DNA of 64,000 nucleotides from Octopus vulgaris (taxonomy: Eukaryota): contig OX597834.1 in the NCBI GenBank assembly GCA_951406725.2, forward strand, positions 17,298,001 to 17,362,000. The letters are read 5' to 3'. This document shows positions 34,532 to 46,609 of this stretch, piece after piece (position 1 is the stretch's first letter; every line of letters begins with the position of its first letter). The translations under genes and the position numbers were made by a program. The notes beneath the pieces were generated by a model. It worked only from the letters and a program-made list of their open reading frames with translations, had not been told where the DNA came from and did not search any database.

Positions 34532-34720
34532 TATCTATCTATTTATTTTTTCTTTGTAACTTAAATCCAACATAATCGCAGTCTACACCTTCCGAAAAGT
34601 ATCAGTTGAAAATTTCACCAAAAATTAATCTCATCTTTTCTTTCTTTCTTTCGAAAAGTTACCTGGAAACAAAGTGGGATGTGGGGGTGAGTGACACACT
34701 TGTGTAAGTGTGCCGAATTA
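34018..34720. mobile_element. Old fold-back/MITE-like element with long imperfect inverted ends
   Basis: 34018-34170 resembles the reverse complement of 34545-34720; internal direct copy at ~34230-34350. Confidence 0.45.
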
Positions 34721-34833
34721 ATAAGATATAATTTATTTTAAATTAATTTGCTTGGCAAATTAGATATGATAGAATTTTAAAAGCTATTATATGCTACCGT
34801 TATTATTATCATGAGAAAAAAAAACAACTCACA

Positions 34834-34905
<72 letters not shown>

Positions 34906-35080
34906 ATATAATGTATTATAATATAAAATAGAGTACATTTAAACACAAGAGAAAACTACCCTTTAACAGGTAATTTTTATATGCTAGAAGAAGCAGCCAA
35001 AACGACCAAAGCCACAAATTAATAGCAATTTTTGAAGGAAATGAAAAATAAAAAATATATATATATATATATATGCATGT

Positions 35081-35418
35081 GTATATGTGTGTCTGCGCGT
35101 GTGTATTTGTATGTGTATATGTGCGCGTGTGTATACATGTATGTTTGCGTATGTGTGTATATATATCTGTATTTATGTGTGTGTGTGTATATGTCTGCGT
35201 GTGTATATATGCGTTTGCGCGTATATGTGTGTGTGTGTATGTTAGCGTGTGCGAGTTTTGTGCATGTGTTTTGCAAGTCTGTTGTTATGAATGTTTCTAT
35301 CTTTTGCATGTGATTGTGTGTGTATATATGCATATATATATATATATATATGTTATTTTTTTATTTAAAAATTTTTTAAATTATATATATATATACACAC
35401 ATATATATATATATATAG

Positions 35419-35476
<58 letters not shown>

Positions 35477-36125
35477 TTGCGTGTAAAAAGTTCGTTTCGT
35501 CAATTTTTTGCTACGTGCTTTTCTTACTCTCTTCCGCGTTTCGTTTTCGTTTGCGAAGCAACTACTGAAATTTCGATGTAACCACAATGGCATCACTTCC
35601 GTTTCCCCTCAGCCAGTTTCAAAGCTTCTATTATTATCTGGAAAAATGTTCCTTTTGTTTAGATTTCTTGGAAATATTTGGGTTGTTGTGTAATATGTCT
35701 AAAAGTGGCATTAGACAACTGGAAAGACTCCCAGGTAAACTATGAAACCTATGTTGTTTATCAGCCAATGTGATGTGACTTCAAAAAAACACACAATGCA
35801 TTAAACACACACACAAATCCTACGTTGTGTGCGCGTGTGTATATGCATGTGTATATATGAATGTGTATATGTGTGTGTATATGTGTCTGCGCGTGTGTAT
35901 TTGTATGTGTATATGTGCGCGTGTGTATACATGTATGTTTGCATATGTGTGTATATATATCTGTGTATTTATGTGTGTGTATATGTCTGCGTGTGTATAT
36001 ATGCGTTTGCGCGTATATGTGTGTGTGTGTATGTTAGCGTGTGCGAGTTTTGTGCATGTGTTTTGCAAGTCTGTTGTTATGAATGTTTCTATCTTTTGCA
36101 TGTGATTGTGTGTGTATATATGTAT
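35081..36125. repeat. ~255-bp direct repeats (35081-35335 and ~35872-36125) flanking a unique core
   Basis: gtctgcgcgtgtgtatttg...gttagcgtgtgcgagttttgtgcatg...gtgattgtgtg occurs twice, near-identical. Confidence 0.9.
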
Positions 36126-36357
36126 ATATATAAATATATATGCATATGTTTATGTATATATATATGCATATGTGTATGTATATATATATGCATATGTGTA
36201 TGTATATATATATATATGTGTATGTATATATATATGCATATGTGTATGTATATATATATATATATGTGTGTGTATTTATGTGCATATATATATATATATT
36301 TATTCTATGTGCGCGCGTGTATAGTTTTTGTTTTAAAAAGAACTACTATTCCACGAG

Positions 36358-36411
<54 letters not shown>

Positions 36412-36994
36412 TCCATGTGTGCATACATGTACCGGATAATATTTGTACAGTAATTATTATTTATTTCAATTTCTTAAATGCAAACATAAAACTGTAATGA
36501 TTTAATGTTGCCTTTTTAACAATCTCATTGTTTGTTATTAAATAAATCTTTCTCATAAAATCGCAAACCATCCTCCGAAAGCATGATAAACAAAAACAAG
36601 GCGGCACTTTTCTACTATACATATTTATTATTATTATTACTATTACACCGCATATTAAGCTTTTCTCTCTATTCGTTATTGATTTTTTTCCCCCGTAGCT
36701 CCCAAGATTGTATACTATTATATTATTTATAAGAGACTTAGAGATAATAATAGAAGCGAGTGGTGTCGTTCATGCCTTATTTTTTTTGCCCCCGGCCGTA
36801 TTTTTGTATCCCTGTTGTTTGTTTGTTTAGCCCTGGGTCAGATCAAAAACATTCCATTCGTGATTTAGGGCTTTTATCTAAGACTTCAATATCTTTTCTT
36901 TTTTTAAAGATACGGTGGTGTGATTTTAGGGGAGTTTCTATGTAGTGGCCCCCGCGTTGGTTCGTTACAAATTAGAATGAAAACCCAGTTTATT

Positions 36995-37990
36995 ATAGAT
37001 TCTGCGGTTTTTATCATACTGAGTTCAAATTCTGTCGATGTCAACTTTGCCTTTCGTCCTTTCGGGGTCGAGCACTGGGGTCGATATAATCAGCTAGTCC
37101 CCTCCCCCAAAATTTTCCGCGTTGTACTTACAGTAGCGAGGATTATTATTATTATTATTATTTTAGGGCGGCAAACTGGCAGAATCGTTAACATGCGGGG
37201 CAAAATGCTTAGCAGGTATTTCGCCCGTCTTCACGTTCTCAGTTCAAATACCGCTGAGATCGACTTTATCTCTTGTCCCTCTGGGGTTGATTAAATACGT
37301 ACCAGTTGAGCACTGGGGGTGGCGGGTGGTGGATGTAATGGGCTTACCCACTTCCTCAAAATTACTCGCCTTTGAAATCATCATCATTATTGTGGTGGCG
37401 AGCTGGCAGGATCGTTTGCACGCCGGACAAAATGCTTAGCGGCATTTCGTCTGTCTCTACGTTCCGAGTTCAGTCCCGCCGAGTTCGACTTTGCCTTGCA
37501 TCCTTCTTGAGTCGATAAATCAAGTACCAGTGAAACACTGGGGATCGATGCAATTGACTAGTCCCCTCTTCTCAAATTCCAGGCCTTGGGCTTTTACTAG
37601 AAAGGATTAATAATTCAAATACCGCCGAGTTCGACTTGCTTTTCATCCTTCCGGAGTCGATAAAATTGAGCACTGGGGTCGATGTTGTGGGCTAGCCCCT
37701 CCCACCAAATTTGAATCCCCTTGTGTCTATAGTAGAAAGGATTATTATTATTATTTATCTAAGGCGGCGAGCTGACAGAAACGTTAGCACCCCGGGCGAA
37801 ATGCGTAACCGTATTTCGTCTGTCGTTACGTTCTGAGTTCAAATTCCGCCGAATCGACTTTGCCTTTCATCCTTTCGGGTTCGATAAATAAAGTACCAGT
37901 TTCCAACTGGGGTCGATGTAATCGACTTAATCCCTTTGTCTGTCCTTGTTTGTCCCCTCTATGTTTAGCCCTTTGTGGGCAGTAAAGATA
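36995..37990 (+). mobile_element. Head-to-tail cluster of about five SINE family B copies
   Basis: Repeated ggcg.c.a.ctggcaga...gagttcaaat...ggggtcga units separated by (ATT)n-like tails. Confidence 0.85.
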
Positions 37991-39730
37991 TATATTTATC
38001 TACGATATTTTCGCTTTGCCGTTTCTCGGGCTGAGATTTGATTTTACACTCGACGTAGTTTCAATTCTCTCTTGGCCCCGCATTTTTTTTTACCTTCGAC
38101 GAGCAAGTCTAGTTATACTTTTGGGAAAGGCATGAACAACACTCATTCTCCTTTACACGGAATTAAAGTGGAACTGGCCTCGTATGTGTGTGTTTATACA
38201 TTTGGATCATAGAGGGGCCGTTAACGATGAACAAAGATAAACTATCTAGCAGGAAGTTTTTTTTTTGTTTAGCCCAGGCCTGCCCTGATCCAGTAGACAA
38301 GTCACTTCAGACATTCCAGTTGTGGCCATCCAGCTTTAAAAAAAAATAGTGTGTTTAGGGCCACATCATTTAACGTGTTTCCCTCTTTTAAGGACGTGTG
38401 TAAGTTGAGGAATTTGGCGCTATTTCTAACAGGTAAAACCATCATGCAAGGTTTCCGTTGTTGAATCATATAGAAAAGAAAAAAAAACTGTTTAGTTTCA
38501 GGTTTGTCTTATTGAGCACACCTATGATCAAAAGCGCTCCTGCTGTGACCGTTCCATTTTTTCCCAATAATAGAGAACAATACCATCGAGTGTGTCCTTT
38601 TTTTATATATATATAGATAAGGGTGTTATTTGTGATTGATGTGGCTGCTGTTTCTAGCAGATCTAAAGACTACGTAGAGACTCCTTTGGTGGCTTGAAGA
38701 GAAAAGGAAGTCGTTGTTTAGCCCTCGGTCAACCCTGAACAGTAGAAACAAGCAGGCCTTATAATCATAGACGTTCCACTCTGAACCATGCCATGTTTAT
38801 GTATATCAGGATCTACGGTGCAGAAGGAAGTTAATATGCGAGATTTAGTGGAGATTCCGTCGAGGTCGACTTTGCCTTTCATCCTTTCGGGGTCGATAGA
38901 TAAAAGTACCAGTTTCGCACTGGGGTCGATATAATGGACTTAATCCCTTTGTCTGTCCTTGTTTGTCCTCTCTATGTTTAGCCCCTTGTGGGCAACAAAA
39001 AAAAAAAAAGAGATAGAGAGAGAGAGATAAATCTGTCGGGCAGTCGAGATGGCCATCAGGTTTTCGATCCTGGATTGAAGATAGTTAATTTCATTGACTT
39101 CGCCGATGCTTTTTACCAGAAGCATAAACACCACAACACCGTGTGTCCTCCTAAAATACCACAGAGCAGCGTGTGTACTCGTCAAAACAAAGTGCAAGTG
39201 AAAAAGCGCCAATAAAGTTATCTAGAAACGTCAGTGAGTGCGCCCTTTTCTCTCTCTCTCTCTCTGTTTATTAATGCCATTTGTACAAAGTTCTCACGAT
39301 TGCCTTGTTTCTCGTTATTTACCATACTCGCCTACGAAATTTACAATGTTTGTTTTTTCTCGTGTGATTGTTCCTTGTTCCGTTTGTTGGGTTTACTTTT
39401 TCAAGAAGAGTTCTTTTTATCTTTTCCGCCCTCGAAATTTAAAACAAAAGGCCATGTCATGTGTTACCTGTATAATATATTTGGTTTGTGACATAGCAAC
39501 GATAACGACTTTAGGGAGGTGGAGGAGAGTAAACAGAAACCCTACCGCTATTCATGTTCCCAAGCACATGTGGACTTACCCCACCCACACGTCAACATTT
39601 TATTATAGCTCCTACTACAAACCAGTATTGTTGTTAGAATAATAATTATAATTATTAAGCTAGCGATGATGGTGGTAGTAAGGAGCCATACAATGCTGTT
39701 CTTAGTTACACCCCTTTTATGTGTCGAGTT

Positions 39731-40076
39731 GTGGAGGCGCAATGGCCCAGTGGTTAGGGCAGTGGACTTGCGGTCATAGGATCGCGGTTTCGATTCCCAG
39801 ACCGGGCGTTGTGAGTGTTTATTGAGCGAAAATACCTAAAAGCTCCACGAGGCTCCGGCAGGGGATGGTGGTGAACCCTGCTGTACTCATTCACCACAAC
39901 TTTCTCTCACTCTTACTTCCTGTTTCTGTTGTACCTGTATTTCAAGGGGCCGGCCTTGTCACTCTCGCACGTGTCTGTGGAGTGCTCAGCCACTTACACG
40001 TTAATTTCACGAGCAGGCTGTTCCGTTGATTCGGATCAACCGGAACCCTCATCGTCGTAACCGACGGAGTGCTTCC
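39731..40076 (+). mobile_element. tRNA-derived SINE family C with 12-bp TSD
   Basis: Near-identical to 30476-30850 apart from an internal deletion; TSD atgtgtcgagtt at 39719-39730 and 40077-40088. Confidence 0.9.
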
Positions 40077-40627
40077 ATGTGTCGAGTTCAAATCACGCCG
40101 GGTTTTGATAAAATAGTACTCTGTCATGCGCCAGTGATGGAGGTTGATTTACTATTTCACTCACTCCACCCTCTTACATCCCAGAATGTTTGGCCTTGTA
40201 ACTAGAAATTATTACTGTTTGTTATTAATAGGTGGTATCACGTTGCATCTCTCTCTGGGTTTCCAGTTCAGATCCTGCCGGAGTTCATTTTGCTTTTCAT
40301 TCTTCCTCGGTTGATAAAATAAATACAAATTGAGTAACTGGGTCGACTGCAGGGTGATTACATTTGCATGGTGGCCTGACTGGCTGTTAAATAAGAGGAA
40401 GTTCCTGGACAGTGTCCACCTATGGAAATTAAGGGGCTCTGCATTCAAAAGGATGCACAACTTGTCTGCGGGTATAATAATTTATCTTATTATGCAGTTG
40501 ATCTGAAAGAAAATTTGATATATGGTATTCATATAACATAATTTATTAATGATATAAATTTATGGTTTTATACTTTATTCCAGTATACTTTCACAGCATT
40601 TGCAGGCACAGAATCATGCCTTTCCCT

Positions 40628-40848
40628 GGTGAGCTGGCAGAATCGTTAGCACACCAGGCGAAATTCTTAGTGGTGTTTCATCTGCTACTACATTCTGAGC
40701 TCAAATTCCGTCGAGGCCAACTTAGCCTTTCAGCCTTTCGCGGTTGATTAAATAAGTACCAGTTACGCACCAGAGCCGATGTAATCGACTTAATCCCTTT
40801 GTTTGTCCCCTTTATGTTTAGCCTCTTGTGGGCAAATAAAGAAATAAT
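40628..40848 (+). mobile_element. SINE family B copy
   Basis: ggtgagctggcagaatcgttagc...gtgggcaaataaagaaat. Confidence 0.8.
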
Positions 40849-40958
40849 ATTCATACCTTTACATAATATTCAACGCCGGGTCATAGTGCTAGTTTAAATT
40901 AAAACACTCTCACACACACACACTATATATATTTAGTCTTCAATTCAGCGTTATAATT

Positions 40959-41136
40959 ATTATTTTAGTGTGTCAAAGCTCTTTTGTCACACATCCTGTG
41001 ACCGATTCAGCAACTCCCTATCCCATGTGTCTCCTGTTGTTCTACTTGTTCAAAGAGGAGACACCTGGGATGGAGAGTCACAAAAGAGGTCACAGGATGT
41101 GTGTCAAAAGAACTTTGACAAAGAAGCTAAAATAAT
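40959..41136. repeat. Imperfect ~180-bp hairpin (MITE-like)
   Basis: tgtcaaag.tcttttg.cacacatcctgtgacc...tccca.gtgtctcct pairs with aggagacac.tggga...ggtcacaggatgtgtg.caaaaga.ctttgaca. Confidence 0.85.
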
Positions 41137-41880
41137 GATAATAATAATAATAATGGTTTCAAATTTTGCTACAAGGGCAGCCATTTTGAGTGCTTGTGTT
41201 TAATTGGCAAAATATGACCACCCCCAAGTATAACAATATCTGTTTCAACACAACTTCACATCAAGAATCTTGGAAAACAAATAGATAAATTAAAACCTAT
41301 CAAAATTCCTTAATTAATTTATGTTCCCAACACGAGCTAGCTAATTAGAAAGCTATTTTATTAAATTCTTCCTTACATTCAAAATTGATTGATTCAAAGG
41401 CAGCATATTTCAATATAAATAAGGTAAGAAAAGGGCTTGAATAACACTCCATTGTCCATGTTGGCATTAGGAAGGGCATCCAGCCGTAGAAATCAGGCCA
41501 AAGTAGACATCGGAGCACTATGCAGTTCTTGGACCCATCGAACCATTCAACCATCCAACACAAAGAAGCTACATATAATAAATATATATATATAATATAA
41601 GCTACAATAATAAATATATATATATAATATATATACATAGATCAGAGTAGGGTCCCAAGATCAGTGAGGCACCTGGGCATACCATTGCATTGGACCCTAT
41701 TGTATTTATTGACAGCAAACTTCAATATACAGAGATCACAGTTGGGTCCCTAGACCTATGAGGCACTTGGGCCTCAAAGTTCGGAGTTGGGCTCCCTAGA
41801 CTCTGTGAAGCACCTGGACCCTATTAACAAACCACAATATACATGGAACACAGATGTTTAAAAATGATGATGTCTGAAAA

Positions 41881-42266
41881 TAGGGATGGTTACATAGAAT
41901 AATGTAATTCTAAAGACAAAAAAAAAACAGGTTGGTCATGGTTGGAAAGCTTTTGCTCATAGGTCTGCTTCATCAAAGCTGACTGGGAACTAAGCAACAA
42001 CTACTACAACCACCATCGTTAAATGTACTAATTATACAAAAGGGTGTTATCTTGTGTTTTGATCGTTACATAGAATCGTTATATAGGGATGGTTACATAG
42101 AATAATGTAATTCTAAAGACAAAAAAAAAGACAGGTTGGTCATGGTTGGAAAGCTTTTGCTCATAGGTCTGCTCCATCAAAGCTGACTGGGAACTAAGCA
42201 GCAACAACTACAACCACCATCGTTAAATGTACTAATTATACAAAAGGGTGTTATCTTGTGTTTTGA
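41881..42266. repeat. ~182-bp tandem duplication with a 22-bp junction filler
   Basis: tagggatggttacatagaataatg...atcttgtgttttga at 41881-42062 and 42085-42266. Confidence 0.92.
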
Positions 42267-42734
42267 AATGAATGGAAGAAGATCTGAATGTTAAATGGTG
42301 CTTATTAATAAATAATTGCAATAACATAGTCACATTATTGATAAATTAGCTTTGTGATTGCCTGGCTTAAGCATATGAAATCAATTTCTAATTAAATGGC
42401 TGTATATTACTACTAAGCTGTTAAAAATTAATGCTTCATATTTATTGCTTGTAATTATATCTCGTTGCCTATAAATTCACATATTTTCATTGATATGAAA
42501 TCATATAATACAGGTATATTTTATGGGTTGACCTTCATTGTACTGCCCACCCCTTCCTACACACGCACATATGCATGCACACATATACACACACACATGC
42601 ACACACACACATACACGTGTTCTTTACATATGAAAGCTATTGATTGATTAATGTTTGGATCCAAATCGTCTCTGATCAAGCAAACAAATCAAAATCAAAG
42701 ACACTCTAACCATGACCGTCCCCCTTCCCCCAGC

Positions 42735-43110
42735 ATGGTTGTGTGGTTAATAAGCTCGCTTTGCAACCACATGGTTTCAGTTTCAGTCCCAGTGCACATA
42801 CCTTGGGCAAGTGGCCTCTACTTTGGAGCTGGGCCAACCAATGCTGTGTGAGTGCATTCAGCAGATGGAAACTGTGTTGAATCCCATTGTATACACACAC
42901 ACACACACACAAATATATGTTTGTGTTTGTTTACCCTGCCCATATCTGTTTGACAACTGGTGTTGGTTTGTTTATGTCCCTCTAATAGTGGTTCAGCAAA
43001 AGAGACTGATAGAATAATTACTAGACTTACAAAAAAAAAAAAATACTGCGGTCAATTTGTTTTATTAAACTTCAAGGTTGTGCTCCAGCATGGCTGCAGT
43101 CCAGTGAGTG
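42735..43110 (+). mobile_element. SINE family A, old diverged copy
   Basis: Colinear similarity to 6781-7182. Confidence 0.75.
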
Positions 43111-43337
43111 AAACAAGTAAAAGATAAGAGATATATGCTTTGGACTACATTACTGACCGGGTCCTTTAAAACAAGGTGGGGTTTGAGAGAGTTTTGACTG
43201 TTGATCCTGTCGGGTTGTGCAATCACTTAAGGGCTTCCTAGTTGACTCACTTCAGGTTAGCACAAAGTTCTCAATTAGCACTTCCGCGACCCAGTTTCGA
43301 AAACCACTTCACTGTTATTACAGTAATTTAGAAATGT

Positions 43338-43783
43338 ACTAGTGGGGTGCTGAAAAGTTCTTGACTTTGGTTAAAAGAAAATACAAGAGGATCAGTTCTG
43401 GTTTCAGTCAACATATTCCCCTCTCAGATTCACACACTTATTGCAGCAATCCTTCAGTTTTTCTAAACCCTGTAAAAGAACTTGGAAGGGTGGGCCTCCA
43501 ACAGACCTTTTGCAGTACTCTTAAAGCCAGAAACTTTTCAGCAGTTCCTCATATATTTATATAGATACGAGTGGGTGTTGAAAAGTTCCTGGATTTGGGT
43601 GAAAGAAAATCAAGGAGGATCAGTTATGATTTTGTTCAACGTGTTCCTCTCTCAGATTCATACACTTATTGCAGTGATCTTTCAGTTTTTCTAAGTTCTG
43701 TAAAAGGACTCGGAAGGTTGGGCCTTCAACCAGGCCCTTCACAATACCCTTAAAGCTAGGAGGTTTTCAGCATCCCCTTGTAT
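43338..43783. mobile_element. Two tandem Tc1/mariner-like MITEs (~215 bp each)
   Basis: TA-flanked ends tacgag.ggg.g.tgaaaagttc...aacttttcagca..cc.t.gta, present twice. Confidence 0.7.
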
Positions 43784-44659
43784 AAGCATTGCAGCTAATC
43801 ATTTCTCTGTTTTATAGAGGTGGCTTGGTAAGTAATCATGTGTCTGTTGATATATCTCTTACTTGTTGCAATCATTGAACTGCAGCCATGTTGGGACGCA
43901 GTCTTTAGCTGAATAAATTGACCCTGATACTTAGTGTTCATAAACCTGGTACTTACTATGTCAACCTCTTTTGCTGAACTACTAAGTTACAGGAACATAA
44001 ACAAACCAACACCAGTTGTCAAGCGGTAGTGGGGGAGAAGCGCAAAGACTCACACACTCATATATTAATCTCTTTATTGCTCACCGGGGGCTAAACATGG
44101 AGGGAACAGACAAAGGGATTAAGTCGATTACTTAGACCCAGTGCGTAACTGGTACTTATTTAATTGACTCCAAAAGGATGAAAGGCAAGGTCGACCTCGG
44201 CGGAATTTGAACTCAGAATGTAGAGACGAAATACCATTAAGCATTTTGTCTAGCATGCTAATGTTTCTTCTAGATTGCCGCCTTATATATCACACAAACA
44301 CACACCTAATGGACTTCTTGTTTCTGTCTCCTAAATCCACTCACAAGGCTTTGGTCAGCCTGGGCTATTGTTGCCCAAGGTGCTGTACAGTGGGACTGAA
44401 TCTAAGGCCATATGGTTGGGAAGCAAGCTTCTTAACCACATGGCCATGTCTGCACTTATGTATGAAGATGAGTGAAAAAAAAAAATTCACTTCTTGGAAA
44501 ACAGGTAGGGGCTAGCTGCACAGTAAGAGCATCCGACTATAGAACAAGGTCTCACTGCGTGTTTATTGAACCCATTTTAGGATGGAAAAACAGACAACAA
44601 ATGATTCTGTTTTTGTTCCTGTGTTGGCTTTTCTGTTGTTGGTCTGTATTTGGTCAGTC

Positions 44660-44814
44660 CAAAACGGTTCTCCGCAACCTGTTGGCTGTGGCACACTGGT
44701 GTGTCGTGAGATGATGCTAGGTGTGCCACAGTGTATATTTTTAGTTCAGGTGTGTTGCCAAATTTTGAAAAGAATATAAGTGTACCACAAGTGAAAAAAG
44801 GTGGTGGACCACTG
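44660..44814. mobile_element. Degenerate hAT-like MITE
   Basis: ggttctccgcaacct...aggtggtggaccactg termini; internal tgtggcacac/gtgtgccaca inverted motif. Confidence 0.5.
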
Positions 44815-45052
44815 GTCTCATAGAAATCTTCATCTTTCCACATACCTTGTTCTTGCTCTCATTATGTGATGTCAAGATAAGGAGACACTAACACACACAC
44901 ACATAATGGGCTTCTTTCAGTTTCCATCTACTAAATTGACTTGTAAGGCTTTGGTCAACCTGGGGCTTTAGTAGAAAACACTTGCCTTAGATCCCATGCA
45001 GTGGGACTGAAACCAGGTAGTTAAGAAGCAAACTTCATAATTACAATCATGC

Positions 45053-45089
<37 letters not shown>

Positions 45090-45325
45090 TGAATATGTAT
45101 GTTTGTAAGTATATGTGTGCGTATGTACTGTTGGTAATGTCTTTTCCTTCTTTGGACTTTTCCCTTTCTCCTTCCTGACAAAGAGCTATGCTTGAAACAT
45201 CAAAAACTCTCTCTTTTTACTGAGCGTCAAGCTAATACACTCCTTCTGCACGTTCTCTTGTTATTTGTCATTAATTTTATTGTTCATTTATTTGAGTTGA
45301 CCATATATATATACACACACACACA

Positions 45326-45574
45326 AATACAAAATATATAATTGTATAAATATAATAAGGACACTAATGAGTAGCACCGCATGCTAGAAAGAGATGCCAA
45401 ATGGCCCTAAGAACTACATTATTTACTCCATTTTTGTTCATTTCCCTTGCTTTCAGCCCGAGCTGAAGGGATAATTAATGTAGTCCTTAGAGTCATTTGG
45501 TGTCTATTTCTAGCATGTGGTGCTACTCATTAGTGCCCTCATAATTATATTTATATAATTACATATTTTGTATT
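45326..45574. repeat. Imperfect inverted repeat (~96-bp arms, 55-bp spacer)
   Basis: cactaatgagtagcacc.catgctagaaa pairs with tttctagcatg.ggtgctactcattagtg, plus flanks. Confidence 0.9.
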
Positions 45575-45842
45575 AATTGTTACCTATTATGGTTTTATTA
45601 CACGCTAGCTACTTGACAAAATCTAATAAAGATTTTATCCTTGATTATCATCATCATCATCATCATCATCATTTAACGTCCGCTCTCCATGCTAGCATGG
45701 GTTGGACGGTTCAACTGGTGTCTGGGGAGCCTGAAGGCTGCACCAGGCCAGTCAGATCTGGCAGTGTTTCTACAGCTGGATGCCCTTCCTAACGCCAACC
45801 ACTCCGAGAGTGTATTATATATATATATAAGCATAACGATGA

Positions 45843-45882
45843 AAGAAATTTGAAAAGCTGAACGCGAAACCGGTCATTTCTT
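45843..45882 (+). ncRNA. Minimal type I hammerhead ribozyme motif with U3-A8 core
   Basis: aagaaat-TTGAAAA-gc tgaac gc-GAAAC-cg-GTC-atttctt: 7-bp stem I, palindromic ACCGGT across stem III, GUC cleavage triplet. Confidence 0.6.
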
Positions 45883-46042
45883 CTAAACTATGTCATTGTA
45901 AGAAAAAAATTTATAACATTCTTCAGACATATTGACTCAAATATATATTTTTTAACCTTTTAAAACAAGCCTTCTGTAGTTTTTTCACTTTTTACTATTT
46001 TCTATATATTCAATCACGTGCTTTCACAAACCAACTTTCTCA

Positions 46043-46086
<44 letters not shown>

Positions 46087-46174
46087 TTATTAGAGACAAA
46101 ACCACTATTTTGCAAAACAAACAAGGAAAGACTTAATCAATACATAAAATTTTAATAAATAGTCAAAAAAACCG

Positions 46175-46217
46175 CCACTACAATTGTTTCTTGTCTTGAT
46201 CGACAATCTTCAGGTGG
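46175..46217 (-). ncRNA. Minimal type I hammerhead ribozyme (mirror copy)
   Basis: Exact reverse complement of 46264-46306. Confidence 0.75.
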
Positions 46218-46263
46218 ACTTCCAATAAGTCAGTTTCAAATTTGAAACTGACTTATTGGAAGT

Positions 46264-46306
46264 CCACCTGAAGATTGTCGATCAAGACAAGAAACAATTG
46301 TAGTGG
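46264..46306 (+). ncRNA. Minimal type I hammerhead ribozyme
   Basis: ccac-CTGAAGA-ttgtc gatcaa gacaa-GAAAC-aatt-GTA-gtgg: intact core, 5-bp stem II, palindromic CAATTG in stem/loop III, predicted cut after 46302. Confidence 0.8.
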
Positions 46307-46481
46307 CGGTTTTTTTGACTATTTATTAAAATTTTATGTATTGATTAAGTCTTTCCTTGTTTGTTTTGCAAAATAGTGGTTTTGTCTCTAATAATATTTT
46401 ATAATATTTTACTATAAAATTGGATTTAATCCTAAATCTGATTTTTTCCCTGTAAATTTGGATTTATTCCCTAATATTTAT

Positions 46482-46547
<66 letters not shown>

Positions 46548-46558
46548 TATATAGAAGG

Positions 46559-46609
46559 AGCTTCTACAGGACTAGTACTGTTTCATTCAAGAGAAATCTT
46601 CAGGAAGCT
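46559..46609 (-). ncRNA. Type I hammerhead ribozyme motif (mirror of 50461-50511)
   Basis: Reverse complement of 50461-50511. Confidence 0.7.

Larger units (their letters stand above)
46081..46487 (+). mobile_element. Penelope-like mini-element: perfect 320-bp palindrome (46081-46400) plus unpaired 3' tail, embedded in (TA)n
   Basis: All sixteen 10-mers of each arm checked as exact reverse complements; centre 46240/46241 with no spacer; contains hammerhead motifs. Confidence 0.8.

Noticed and set aside
35019-36497. Overlapping ORFs of 70-222 aa
   Set aside because: Microsatellite-derived low-complexity translations.
40350-40525. Cys-containing open frame (VPGQCPPMEIKGLCIQKD...)
   Set aside because: No credible acceptor, no recognisable family and no partner exons.
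44582-44779. ORF with a signal-peptide-like N-terminus after a ttttag acceptor
   Set aside because: It runs straight into a degenerate hAT MITE, has no convincing donor and no recognisable domain.
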